From the human T2T-CHM13v2.0 reference genome, Homo sapiens: 64,000 nucleotides of DNA. The position numbers and the translations under genes are program-made. Of this stretch, positions 29,769 to 44,699 are shown in pieces. Within the stretch, counting starts at the first letter, position 1, and every line of letters begins with the position of its first letter. The stretch lies in NCBI RefSeq assembly GCF_009914755.1, contig NC_060925.1; one strand, written 5' to 3'. The notes beneath the pieces are model-generated. The model had not been told where the DNA came from. It was given only the letters and a program-made list of their open reading frames with translations, and did not search any database.

Positions 29769-30089
29769 GACTATATATTTGCCCCAACATTCAAAACTGT
29801 GCAAAGTGTTTGTGTGGAATTTCCTAGAAATAAGGAATATACACTTTTATATCTACATCTGTTGTCTCTGTGTGTGTGTGTGTTTGTGTGTTGCTTTGAA
29901 TTGCAGATGAATCTTCATTCCTCGGGTTCATTTACTCAGCTATCATTACCCAATCAAATCATGGATTGTTAAAAATCGGTGAACTCACTAATCCTTAGTA
30001 AGATGGTTTTACATCATACCTCACAATAATTTTTTGTTCAAAGAATGAATTAACCATTCAAGCAGTTTTGAAAGTTGTTGCCATTTGTT

Positions 30090-30810
30090 TCAAATTGAGG
30101 TGTAGCTTACACACAGTAGAATGCTCGCATTTAAGATGTTCCTTTTCAACTAATTTCCACAAATATCTACCCTGGTAATTCACCCATTAGGAAGAGACAC
30201 CATTTTCACCACCTCAGAAAGGTCCTGCAGGCCCTTTTCCAGTGATACCCCAGGCCTAAGATACATCCACTGCTCTAATTTTTATCTCTGTTCATTAGTT
30301 TGGGCTATTCTAAAATTTCACATCAAAGGAAACAAATAGTATGGTCTTGAATCTTGTTTCCTTCTTTCAGCTTAATGTATTTCTAAAATCCCTCCACATT
30401 TTTACCTCATTGTTACATTGCTCTTTTTTACTGCTAAGTAGTATTTTGTTTTCTGAAAATTTCATCATTTGTTTATCCATTATTTTGCTGATGGACATCT
30501 GGGCTATTTTCAGTTTGAAGTTCTGGTGACTGAAATGTATGTTAATCTCCTATTTGTAATCATGTGTTTTTATTTTTCTTGGTAGGTGTCTGGTGAACTC
30601 TTCAGTAAACTGTTTTCAAAGTGGTTGTTTACTCTTATACTGCCGCTGACAATGCACACAAGTTCCTGTTGCTCCAAATGTCGATGTTTTCTTCATTTTA
30701 GCAATTCTTCTGAGTGTAGTAGGAACTCAGTTTGCTTTTAATTTGCATTTTCCTGATGACTAATAATGTTGAGGCCTCTTGCGTTAGCTTATTATCTATT
30801 GCCTATTGAT
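30090..30810 (-). mobile_element. Old L1M 3' fragment
   Basis: GATGGACATCTGGGCTATTTTCAGTTT and TTTAATTTGCATTTTCCTGATGACTAAT antisense L1 motifs. Confidence 0.7.
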
Positions 30811-31089
30811 GTAAACTGTCTACTTCAGTTTTTGGAAAAAAAAATCTGTATATGCTTCCAAAGCGAAAACAACTTGGTCATTAACTAATAGGCAATCTAT
30901 GGCATTCATAGGGCTACTTGGAATTTTGGAAATAAAATCATATATTGGGTTATTTTTTATTATATTTCCTGACACATGTGTTATCATTCAATGCCTCAAG
31001 ATTTGCTGTTTTATTAAACCAGGTATTTAGTACATCTCTTCCACCTCCTGCATTCTGCTTAAAGCTATAAATCTGTTTGTTTTAATTAT

Positions 31090-31600
31090 GAGTTGTAACA
31101 GAACATCCCACTTCACTGGAGGAATGATGCCACTAAAAACACACAGATTTTATTAATTTTACATATACAGGGGCTTCTTCACAAGAGCATGAAATCTGAG
31201 GAAGTGGCCAAAGAGAGAAATTTTATATTTTCTCGAGAAAGAATGATAAATTTAAGAAGACGTGACAGGACAAAGGGGATGGGGTAACAGCAGTACATTT
31301 CTAGGTGAGTCATTAGGATGTATGTGAAGGGGAGTAAAACTCGTAGAAGGGTTACTTCGCTAAGTATATTCATTCTGATCCATTGCACCCCCGGATCCCA
31401 GTGTCTGGTGTAAGGGCTATTTTCTCAGCTGGTACATGGAGGGTGCACCTCCCGAGGAATCTCTATGGCTTCGCACATGTAGGAAGAGAATGATCAGCTG
31501 GCCCTTTCTGAAATAACCATTGCTCCTATGTTTTTAATTCGAAGTAATCAATATTCCAATTTGGTATTTGGGGAATGGCATGTCTTTCACTCCTTTACAG
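31090..31600 (-). mobile_element. ERV1 solo LTR (MER34-like)
   Basis: Resembles the reverse complement of the element at 61602-62215 (GGCATGTCTTTCACTCCTTTACA end). Confidence 0.55.
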
Positions 31601-34600
31601 GTAAATGATTATATAGATGCAGTAATTTTCAGGCAAGAAATTTGACATGTTGAAGAGACTGCTGATTTTACGAAGGAAACAAACATAAACATACGTTTAT
31701 TTCTATATCAATTTATTTATAAATATATACTCATGTGATCTCCAAAAACAAAAAATTAAATCCAAAAATCAATTGTAATACAATAATTTCACATACTTAG
31801 AGACTGTTTTTTTTTTTTACTTTGCTTTTTTTTAGTCTCAATCTTCTCCTTCACAACTTTTTCTTTTCTTGAAATAAGGAGCAGAGGAATGTAGAGCAGA
31901 CGCTCTCAGGGAGCAGGAGCCAGTGAGATCCAGGTTGGCAGGTCCCTGCAGTACTGTGGAAGTGGCGGCCCCTGGGGATTGTGGAAGAAAGCCTGGTTGA
32001 GGCATTTACCCCGGGCCTGCAGGTTGTGCTTTAGGGTATCTAAAGCCAATTTATTACACTTTAAACCTGGTTTATTTCTATAAACATAGGCATAATTTGA
32101 TCATAGGGTAATTTCATCAAATAGCCAACTTCCATATTCTTTCAGAAACATGAAGTGAATTGGTTTAACCCTCGCCTAGATGGAGTAGAGTATAACTTCT
32201 TATGAAATAACTATAATAACAGTAATAAACACAAATACCTCTCATTCATTTAGTACTTAATTTGCAACTGTATTTTGCTTAATATTTCACCTTCATTTTA
32301 TTATTTTAGTTATAACCATAACCTTCCAGAATTGGCTCAGTGTTCATTCTCATTTTTTTAAAAAAATGGAGACAAGCTTATTGGGGTAAAATTCACTATC
32401 CACTTTTATACAGACCTGAATCCAATTGTCTGACTTTAAAAAGCTTGCACTCAGGAAAGAGCTAGTTTTCATAGTGTTTCAGTGAGCACCTGCCCCCACC
32501 CCACACATATACACATGCACACTCATTTGAAATCGCCATAATTTCTTCTACTAGTGTTCAAGATGTTGTCACATGGTTTTCCTCCTTCACACAAGGTATT
32601 GCTGCAGGTTCTCCTCACTTTTTTCTCAGGCATCCCCTAGGGACATGAGTCCTCATGGTGCCCTATGAAAGGGTGGCCGTTTTCTCTCCCACAAGCCACA
32701 TGCTACAGGACTTCCAACTGGGAAGGTGTCTTTCATCCTTTTCCTTGCTCCTTTCAAATCACATATCCCCTTCTCCCTGTAAACTGTCAGCTAATCGGAA
32801 GGAAATCGCTGAACTGAGTATCACCCAATGCCTCTGAGTCACTCTCAAGGACATGACATTGAAACAAACATCTGAGTAGCATGAACAGCAGCTGGACACC
32901 ATGAGGGAGGAAGGGGTGTTGAGCCCAGTGTGCTAAATGTGAAAGGCCCTGCCTGGAATGTCCTGTGCGGAGCGGAACGTGGTAAGGTCAAATGTGGTGG
33001 GAGATGGGTACCCCGGGAGGACTTCAGGGTCAGGTCACATAGGAAGGCGCAGGTTTTGTTCAGAGCGCGCTAGGGTACACCTGCAGTCAGCCCTCATCAG
33101 GAAGGAGCAGACGGTCCACATAAACATAAGCAGCTAAACTGTAGATTAAACATGATGTTCTGACAGAGCAGATTCTGAGGGGGAGAGAGTCATCCTCTTT
33201 AAGAGAACAGGAAAGTCTCCATGGAGGGAAGAATTACATGTAAAATCTTGGGAGAATGGAAGAAATTGAAGCCCTTAGAAGTGCTGGGGAAGAGTGTTTA
33301 TGTGCAAGAAATAATCCAACTTATGAAAAAGATGCAGAATAGCTCAATTTATATAAATATAAATACTTCAGCTTCACCGGAAATGAGAACTAAATGTAGG
33401 CAAATTTTATGAATTTTTTTTAAATTTAAAAGAATGTGACCTAGCAGAATGTCTGCAAATGCAAAGTTGTGGTTACAGAAAGAGGAATCTAGTGTTAGGA
33501 CTGAAATGGATTTATACAGGGAGAAATTTGAGGCAGGGAATTAACTTAATTGTCATTATAATTTTTGTGTTTCTATCCTATAAAAGCGGGTGCTAAATAC
33601 TTTGAGTAAAACATACTGGAATTACAGTAGATTGAAGATTCCGCCAATATAAAATCTAATAGATGCATTAAGGGTAGCAAACGATTATCACAGACTACTG
33701 TACTAGGTTTTCTATTCCCAGATCAACTCATTTGCCTTCTTCAATGATTCTTTCTCATCAATATATTTCTTCTGTAAATTCTGAACACAAAATGTGTAAC
33801 ATTCTAATATAATCTGCATACATACATAATGTACTAAAGTGAATTTAGTATAGAACTTTAAGATATGCCTGTAGTAGGCTTGATTTTCACATATTTATTC
33901 AATAAAGCAAATTAAATCATGCCATTTTATTTAGATAAATGAAACACCATTTAAAATTATTTGAAATAACTTAAAATAAATATAAACATTATCTTTAGCA
34001 TAGAATTTTAGTTTTGATTTAAATATAAAAATTTGGAAACTCAATGTTACTTATTATATTATTTTTACTATTAAAAACTGAAAGGTAATATAAATGTAAC
34101 AAGTAAGATAATAGTTGACTAAATAGTTGTACACCCAGTTGAAATTTACTACATTAACACACAATAATCCAAAGATCTTTGACTGATAGCAATGGTAAAG
34201 AGTTTCTCTGCTGCCAGTGGAGAAGTCATATAGGTTAACTTGTTATATACCCCTTATTTTGGCCTCTGAAAAGATTGTTTGTCCACCGTGGTCTTTTAAC
34301 CTTGACATCGCCTTTGGATTGAATTTTCTTTCCCTCAGCATAATGCTATTGCTTTTTTGATCTCTAGGGGAAATTGGAGATTGTACATTGATGCATACAA
34401 TTTGTGGCCAAATTCCTTCTACTGCAGTCTCAATGGTCTAGGGGTTACTTACAGTTCTACAACACACAAATTCAGAGTGGTACAACCAGACTTAGGTTTC
34501 CTTTGGCAGTACTGGTGTTTCAAAAACATAGCTGGCATTTATTCATTTCCATTTGAGACCACTATCAGTCAAAATCTACTGCTAAGATAGAGTTTTTAAT

Positions 34601-35189
34601 CTCTTGATTGCTCCCAACATTAGTTAAATGTGGCTACACTGAGAATGGTTTCAACAATAGACTTTAGTGGGAACAAACTAGCTTGATTCTTTGTGACAAG
34701 CAAGATGCCCCCTGTATTCTGCAGCGTTCTCAAGGAAAAGTGCTTGATGAGGCTTGAGCCACGGAGTCATTTCCTTGTCAGGCGCACACACCCCATATGC
34801 AGTTGATGTTTTCAGTCCTTCGAGGCTTCTAAGTATTAGGCTTGGGTGATATCTATTTCATGTTTCAGACAGAGAAATATTTGATCAGCAAAGCTTATTT
34901 TCTCATCTCTGCTAACTCTAGCTTGGTTCATCTCACACTTGCTGGACTTTGCTTTGTGTTCTGTGGTAGAACAGGTAACAGAGTTAAATAGCCTGCTAAC
35001 TCCCACACAAAAGACATTTCCCTAATTTCTAGAAATCATCTCAGTTTTTTTCAATCACCTGCACTATAATAAGAAAATCGTTTTCTTTTTTCTAACAGCA
35101 TTAAGTGCATAATAAGAGAGAATTCAGTTCTATCATCAGTAACAGAGACCTGGTCAGTAGGGACTTCAACATTAAACAAGGATTTAAAA

Positions 35190-35305
35190 AGTTAATTGAT
35201 GCACAATTCTTGTACAAATTTATGGGGTACAGAGTGATATTTGGATACATACAAAGTTTAATGATCAAATCAGGGTTATTAGCATATTAATCACCTTAAA
35301 CATTT

Positions 35306-35351
<46 letters not shown>

Positions 35352-36430
35352 GGGAACATTGAAAATCCTTTCTTCTAGCTATTTGAAAAGATAGAAAAAA
35401 TTATCATTAACGATAATCATCCTAGAGTGCTATAGAACACTAGAACTTATTCTTCCAACATAGTTATAAATTTGTACTCATTGAGCAACTTCTCTCTCTT
35501 CTCTTAGGCCCTCGTGTTTCCCAGCCTTGAGTAAATACCATTCTACTCTCTACCTCTATGAGATCAGGTTTTTTAACCTTCTGTATATGAATGAGAACAT
35601 GTAGTATACATCCTTCTGTGCCCTGGTTTATTGAACTCAACATAATGTCATCCAGGCTCATCCATGTTGCCACCAACTACAAGATTTTATTCTTTTTATG
35701 ACTGAATAGTATTCCATTGTGTATACATACCACATTTTCTTTAACTATTCATTGGTTGATGAACATGTAGTTGATTCCATATCTTGGATATTGTGAACAG
35801 TGTGGCACTAAACATTGAGGTACAGATGTCCCTTCAATAGGCTAATTTCCTTTCCTTTGGATATATGCCCAGTAGTTGAATTGCTGGATCATATGATAGA
35901 TCTATATTTTTAGTTTCATAGTGTTCTTTATAATAGCTATACTAATTTACATTCCCATCAACACTGTATAAGATGTCTCTTTCTCTACATCCTCACCAGC
36001 ATTTGTTATTTTTTGTCTTTTTTGATAATGACCACTCTAATTGCAGTGAAATTATATGTCATTTTGGTTTTGATTTATATTTCCCTTATGATTAGTGATG
36101 TTGAACATTTTTTCAAATATTTGGCTATTTTTATGTCTTCTTCTGAGAAATGGGTATTTAGATCATTTACCTATTTTCAATTGGATTATGGGGTTTTATT
36201 TGCTATTGAGTTCCTCGCATATACTATATATTAATCTTTTGTCAGAAGAATAATTTGCAAATATTTTCTTCAATTTTGCAGGGTGTTTTTTCATTGAGAT
36301 GAATGTTTTCTTTTCTGTGCAGAAGGTGTTTAGTTTAATGTAGCCCCATTTGTGTGTTTCTATCTTGTTGCCTGTGCCCTTGAAGTCTTAGAGATAAAAT
36401 CTTTTCTGAGACCGATGTTGAAGCATTTCC
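35190..36430 (-). mobile_element. L1MA-like 3' end with (GT)n at 35309-35350
   Basis: Antisense L1 3' UTR and ORF2 end motifs (TATTCCATTGTGTATACATACCACATTTTCTT). Confidence 0.88.
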
Positions 36431-36643
36431 CTTAAAACAAGCATCATTTTTAATTTCTTCATAAGAAGCAAGTGTTGATTTTGGCCAATCAGGGCAGCTT
36501 TTGTGATTGGTGATCAACAGGAAATTGCCTGGTAGCAGACAGTCTTCGGCTCCTTAATCCCTTGAGTTTTGTCCCTATGAAATGGTTACAGGAACATTTC
36601 AGGAACATACATCATCATATCCATATGCTAAAGAAACAGGATG

Positions 36644-36823
36644 GGCCGGGCGCGGTGCCTCACGCCTGTAATCCCAGCACTTTGGGAGGCCGAGGCGGGC
36701 GGATCACGAGGTCAGGAGATCGAGACCATCCTGGCTAACACGGTGAAATCCCGTCTCTACTAAAAATAAAAAAAATTATCCGGGCGTGGTCGTGGGCGCC
36801 TGTAGTCCCAGCTCCTTGGGAGA
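36644..36823 (+). mobile_element. 3'-truncated AluY
   Basis: GGCCGGGCGCGGTG...GAGATCGAGACCATCCTGGCTAACACGGTG; stops about 45 bp into the right arm, no tail. Confidence 0.92.
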
Positions 36824-37430
36824 CAGTAATTATAGGAATCCCTTAAATCAGGTGGCAGTAACAAGGAGAAGACATGTGGTCACTCACTCCGTAATGATTG
36901 TATGGAATTGAAAAGTTAGAAGGGCCAAAAAAAATGGTGAATTAAAACATCAAATGGCTGGCATAAAATGAGATTGTAAGCAGCTCAGATTATTTGATTT
37001 CAAAGTCTTCATTTGCTCTTTCACACTCATTTTCATGTGTGCATGTGGGTGAGGAAGCCGACCTAAACATTCTCATTCAGTGTGGTGAGTTTCTTTCTCC
37101 CTAGCTTAATGAGTCAATTTTCTGGACAGTGAGTACAAAATATACTTCTGATTCACGCATTATATTGTACTTTGCTTTACATAGCTACATTCTATCATAT
37201 CCTGAATCTCTCTTCTTTCATTCCTTTCCTTCCTGCCCCTCTTTTCCTCTCCCTAGCTATCTCATTTTCTCCCTCCCCTGGTATATAACCCCTTACATGT
37301 GTATTTAAGAAACAAAAAAGAGTAAGAATATAGTAATTATAGGAATACTAATATAGTAATAATAGTAGTAGCAATAATAATCATCCTGAGTATTGACTGT
37401 GTGCCAGGCTCTATTCCCCCCCTTCACTCG

Positions 37431-37433
<3 letters not shown>

Positions 37434-37474
<41 letters not shown>
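37434..37474. repeat. (TG)n microsatellite
   Basis: About 20 TG units. Confidence 0.97.
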
Positions 37475-37478
<4 letters not shown>

Positions 37479-39733
37479 AGTGGGGGTATTTAATGAGTCT
37501 CATCTAATATTCAAAACAACTTTATCAGGCAGGTACTGTCATGATCTTCATTTCATAGAAATTCATTTCAGACATAATTTAATGGATATTTCAGATATAA
37601 TTTCATATCTGGTGTTTCATGTAAGACAAAAAAATGAAATATTTTTGGGATATTGCATTTCCATTAAATTTTCCTGTTTATCTCTTCAAAGCAGTAGGGT
37701 ATTGATGATATTGTTATTTTCTTAATAAAATGTTTGAGTCAATAGCATACGAATTCCTGGGCTAGGTAACATCCATTATATTTCTATTATATCCATGTCT
37801 GCTCTAGATAAAGTAATAGTTAAATTTCATCCAGATTTAGGTTAATTTAGTATTTGAGTTTTGCCTGTCCTATGAAATTCCACTGTAGTCCAGTGAAATA
37901 CCAGTGACCACTTTTTAAAAATAGTCAGTCACTAACTCATTAAGTCTGATATTTTAAGCTTATGATAAAGCTTATCATAATTGATTTAGTGATTTTCTTT
38001 TGTCTTGTGCTTGTCTTGCAGTCAAACATGTAATGTAAAGAAATAATGTAGGAACAAATAAATAACTACTTAACATTTGAATGTCAAGTCATTGCAATAT
38101 TAGTGAACAATCGAAGTCTGTATAAATCAAAATTTAAAGAAACATGTTGTATGCTTTATCGGTATAATGAGAGATCTGGTAGATAAATTAAAAAGTATTT
38201 TTTAGTTGAACTAAGTCTAAATTAATGAATATGTGGTGTGTTTTAACAATCTTCTTAGATATAAAATGCTCAGAAGGATTTGAGTGTAGTGGGTCAATGA
38301 GTGAAGAGTACAAAAGGAGACTGGGGTATGATGGTGTCTGTACCTAGAATGTAATTTCCAAGCAGGAGTAAATTCAATGGAACATTTGCACAGTAAACAG
38401 ATAGGAACAGTTTGATTCACTAACGGGAATAAACATATGAACTCTGAAGTAGTTCCATTGACAAAATGAAACAATTTGGCTACATGTACAAATATTTGGA
38501 ATAGTTGGCTAAATAATTTAAGGAGCCTAAATGATTGTTCCTAAATGAAGACATTTTTAGATATGGTAAAGTCTCACACACACATACCCACACCCAAACA
38601 CACACACACACAGACATTTAATCACATACAGTTATCATTTGAAGGAAGTGTGATGTGTCTGGAAAAAAATGTGGGCTCTTCTTTTGTATTAAACTTAGTA
38701 TGAAATTATGTACACGATTTATGCTGGTGTCACTCTATATTTCTTTCTCTATAATCATGACCTGCGTTTCTTCAAATCAAAGTGGCTCTTTTATGCTCAG
38801 TTTATGTGAAGTATAATGTACACTGGTTAAATTTCAGACTGACCTGCCTGACTGCTTCTTCCAAATGATAAAACTTGAAGTATATATAAAGATGTAAACA
38901 GACTTTTGGGAAACTAGGAATTTCCTAAAAATTACAGAGCCACAAAGCTGAAAAACTTAAGACAAAATCCTGAGGAGAGCATGTTCTCTGATTAATCTCC
39001 AAGCTTATAGAAAAGACATGGATGTAGAGTGTATATTTTTCTCCAACATTTAATATTATTAACAAGGTATACTTGGAGCTAGATGGGTGATAAATGAACT
39101 TTACCTCGTCAAAGAGTTTCCTGTGTGGGGAACAAGCTATAGGATAGGTGACACGTGTTTTCTCCACTTTCAAACACGGAATTGAGAGCATTTCTCTTTG
39201 CATACAATGGCAGATTTCACCCAAAATTGAAATACTCCTGGGTAACATAGAGGATACACTTTCTTGAATCATTCCATCATCATGGGAGTATATTTCAGAT
39301 CCCTGACTGACTGGTTAAGCCAAGAGATATGAAAAAAAGTTGCAGAAATATGAGGTGCCTCATAGTAGTGGACATATGGTGTTGGAAGTAAGATGATGAG
39401 GGAGATAAGAAATAAATTGTGGATTGCTTCCAATTTCTGAAGAAAAAATACAGGTATTATTGCGTAGATGATATGAACTCTAAAAAATGTAAAAGCCAGT
39501 ATGAAATACAGAGAAGGAGAATTTATGCATAGCTGAAAATATTTTTACATCAAAGACCACTAAAACAATTAAATCATTCTTGTAAAAAGCAATTAATGAG
39601 ACCTAAAATGGGCCAGAAGTCAGCTAAGGACATATGATTCAGTAGGGCATGGAATTATGATAATAAAGTAAATCATTGATTAAACAAGTAAAACGAGAAG
39701 AATGATATAACTCCAGGGAGTGGGGAAAAGTTA

Positions 39734-40216
<483 letters not shown>

Positions 40217-41608
40217 CAGGCAGGACTAATTACACATACATTTATAAACTTCATTGAGGTGCTTATCTTTTCTAACTCTTCTAGGTCATAGCACACAACT
40301 GTTGTTATTCAAGGAAATTAAAATAGGATTAAGTGATCTGTTTATGAAGAATCTCAATATTCACAAAAATTAAAATAATCATTTATATATTGTCGGTGAC
40401 ATACTTCTGCATTTATTTTACAAAAGGGAAAATCTAAGCTCATTTTATTCAAACAAGTAGTTGTTAATAAGATGGAAAATAATTTTTTAATGTTTGTTAT
40501 TTGTTTTGATGATCATAAAGCATCTTGAAAGACAGAAACCTGGACTAATGTATTTATAAATTTTATAATTTACGTATTAATATGTGAAAGTATATATGTA
40601 TGTATTTATGCATATTGAGGGAAATGTTATACATACAGAAGGTGCACAAATAACTCTTATGTAAACATTTAAGTAACCACTATCAAAATATAAATAAATG
40701 ATATGAACACCTACTATCCCACATATAGAATTAATACATTATACTTCAATTTCAACAAGTTAACCAAACACGTAAATATGAAATACAACCTTAAAGACAC
40801 ATTGTTGACGTTGACTAGATGATACTTCTATTTTTTACATTTAAAATATAGTGTTTCAAATTATAAACATATTGAGTTTTGTGACAATATTTCATTACTT
40901 ATTATTTTGGAAAGTCTTAGAATTATACATTTTATTTTCTATAAGTTTAATCTAAATAATAAATGCAATAGACAGAAAGACAAGTTCCACAGTTCATTCA
41001 TTTCATTCAAATATTCAACATTCTTGAGCAACTGCTATGCACTAGGCTCTGTTCCAGGCAGTTGGTTATACCAGTGATCAGAACAAGGATCTCTCATTGT
41101 GAAGTAAAAATTCTGGCATAGAATGAAAATAAACAGTAAATATAACCAGTGTGTTTATTATTTAATGTACTAGAAGGTGAAAAGTGACATGCAAACATGT
41201 GAAAATGGAGCAGAGCAAGGAGGACCAGGAAATTAGGGTTTAAGTGGGAGCCCTACAATTTTTTAAAGGGTGTGCAAGGATAGGCCTCCTTGGGAAAGTG
41301 ACATTTGAGAAAAGAGTAGATTTGAGTAAATTATGTGGAATTAATTAAGATTATGAGACTCAAGATGGAGCCAAGGGCCCACTCAATATACTGAATATCA
41401 TCGATTATTTGAAGAAAGAAATGCCCAGCTTGTAAAACATGCCCACTCCAAAAACTGGCTAAGAGTATTTTGATGTTGATTACAAAACATGCATCACTAA
41501 CTCTCATTTTATTATGCAGGTATATTATTGTTAGATTAAGATTTACACTAATATTTTTTCTTTATTATTAATTCATTATTTCTTTTTAGGTTAAAAAATA
41601 GAGAATTC

Positions 41609-42598
41609 ATGATGGGCCATCAGAATCACACTTTCAGCAGTGATTTCATACTTTTGGGATTGTTCTCTTCTTCCCCAACAAGTGTGGTCTTCTTCTTAGT
41701 TTTATTTGTCATTTTCATTATGAGTGTAACAGAAAATACGCTCATGATCCTCCTCATTCGCAGTGACTCCCGACTCCACACTCCAATGTATTTTCTGCTC
41801 AGCCATCTCTCCTTAATGGATATCTTGCATGTTTCCAACATCGTTCCCAAAATGGTCACTAACTTTCTGTCAGGCAGCAGAACTATTTCATTTGCAGGTT
41901 GTGGGTTCCAGGTATTTCTGTCCCTCACCCTCCTGGGTGGTGAGTGCCTTCTCCTGGCTGCAATGTCCTGTGATCGCTATGTGGCTATCTGTCACCCGCT
42001 GCGCTATCCGATTCTTATGAAGGAGTATGCCAGCGCTCTCATGGCTGGAGGCTCCTGGCTCATTGGGGTTTTCAACTCCACAGTCCACACAGCTTATGCA
42101 CTGCAGTTTCCCTTCTGTGGCTCTAGGGCAATTGATCACTTCTTCTGTGAAGTCCCTGCCATGTTGAAGTTGTCCTGTGCAGACACAACACGCTATGAAC
42201 GAGGGGTTTGTGTAAGTGCTGTGATCTTCCTGCTGATCCCTTTCTCCTTGATCTCTGCTTCTTATGGCCAAATTATTCTTACTGTCCTCCAGATGAAATC
42301 ATCAGAGGCAAGGAAAAAGTCATTTTCCACTTGTTCCTTCCACATGATTGTGGTCACGATGTACTATGGGCCATTTATTTTTACATATATGAGACCTAAA
42401 TCATACCACACTCCAGGCCAGGATAAGTTCCTGGCAATATTCTATACGATCCTCACACCCACACTCAACCCTTTCATCTACAGCTTTAGGAATAAAGATG
42501 TTCTGGCGGTGATGAAAAATATGCTCAAAAGTAACTTTCTGCACAAAAAAATGAATAGGAAAATTCCTGAATGTGTGTTCTGTCTATTTCTATGTTAA
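41609..42598 (+). CDS. OR2AJ1: Olfactory receptor 2AJ1, open, 328-329 aa
   Basis: 7TM ORF with [36 protein letters not shown] and PTLNPFIYS; acceptor TTTCTTTTTAG just upstream (41589). Confidence 0.9.
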   Translation: MMGHQNHTFSSDFILLGLFSSSPTSVVFFLVLFVIFIMSVTENTLMILLIRSDSRLHTPMYFLLSHLSLMDILHVSNIVPKMVTNFLSGSRTISFAGCGFQVFLSLTLLGGECLLLAAMSCDRYVAICHPLRYPILMKEYASALMAGGSWLIGVFNSTVHTAYALQFPFCGSRAIDHFFCEVPAMLKLSCADTTRYERGVCVSAVIFLLIPFSLISASYGQIILTVLQMKSSEARKKSFSTCSFHMIVVTMYYGPFIFTYMRPKSYHTPGQDKFLAIFYTILTPTLNPFIYSFRNKDVLAVMKNMLKSNFLHKKMNRKIPECVFCLFLC

Positions 42599-43334
42599 AT
42601 GCCTGAAGGATACTCATGAGAGGTTTCCTAGAAAGAAATCAAAGCTTCTATCTTACCACATATAAGAAGTGAATATTTCAGAAACATTGTTAATAATAAA
42701 CAATAATATGTGTTTGTGTTGTAAACACGTACCTCTAAAAATGTAGTGTTCCTTCTGTGGTACCAATTATAATCATGCAACAGTTACAGGAAGTAGAAGT
42801 TACCCAAGGCGTCCTATTCCCTAACACCAAAATTGTAAGACTTATGAGAATATCCCTAAAAATACAGTCACACATCCATTGTATAAAAGACAAATCCATG
42901 TTTATTTTTATAAAACTTTGTTAAATTATATTGCTAACAATCACTTATCAAAAATTCACAAATTCCATATGAAATCATTATTCTTTGCCTGGTTTATCAA
43001 CACCTTTATTTAGTAAAATTTTACAGATACACATATATATGCACACACACATATATATGTACACACATATATACAGATATAAGTTGTGTTAAAATTGAAT
43101 TACTCATCCTATGCTAGAAGCAACTATACAATATTAGATAGGAATATCATAAAAATTGCCTTATTTCATTTATACATACAGGATGATGTTTTACAAACTC
43201 TTCTAGCAATTTATCCTAATAGTTATTTCAAAGAAGATAATAAATATTTCTATTGAGAATTCATTTAATTTTTTTCCTTTTTTTTTTTTTTTTTTACAAA
43301 CACTAAGACACACTTTGTAAGTTTAAAATGTATG

Positions 43335-43829
<495 letters not shown>

Positions 43830-44699
43830 TCATGCAGTGTCCTACGCCTGTCATCTGCTTGGGTTGTGGCTTGTGTGGAAGGACCACGACTGAGGTTGCC
43901 AGGCCAGCAAAGACGGGGTGCAGAAGAGTCTCAGCCAGAGTGATGTGCTGGGCAGCGTCCAATTTTACCACCCTCCGCATCAGGTCAAACAGCTGCACGT
44001 GCTCCAGAGAGTCTTGGAGCATGTCACTCTTCAGACGTTTGCAGTTCTTCACATATGGGCTGTCAGAGCTGTTCTCATCCCAAACTAGGCCCCATTTGTA
44101 GAAATATTTCTGCTTCTTGGTACAGGAGATCACGCGTAATGGGATGAGCCGTAGGGTCTTCAACATCACCAGGCGCTCTTGGTTTTCACAGGTCTGGAAG
44201 AGTGTGAAACCTGGTAGTACTTAAAGAGAAGGTAGCCCATGCCCTGGACATGGCAGGGGCGTGTCCAGCCCAGATCAAGGATCAGTTCAGGCAGGCGACA
44301 GTGACCGTGGTCACCATGGCGATGTGGTGCCCACGGTCAGAGGTGGCATTGGGGAAGTCAGCCACTCGGACGCTGGTGCTCCTCACTGACTTCTCATCGC
44401 TCCTGTGCTCGCTGTAGACGGTGTTTAACTCAGAATCCACATGCAGGATGTTCTCGGTTTTCAGGTGTGCGTGGGTCAGCCGGTTCTCGTGCAGAAATCT
44501 AAGGGTGTGGCAGAGCTGGTGGGCCATGTGCCAGACATGTGGGAGGGGAATGGCTGGATGTTATTCTCCTTCGGGAACTCAAGGGTTTTCCTGCCCAGGA
44601 GCTCAAAGGTGATATGCATGGACCGCGGAGGGTGAACCAGTCACACCCCAAGACGCACAGCAGCTGGTTCTCTTAGTCCTTCTCGTTTATTTTTTTCGA

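Noticed and set aside
37960-37980. Small hairpin TTATGATAA-AGC-TTATCATAA
   Set aside because: A 9-bp AT-rich stem is plausible by chance in 64 kb
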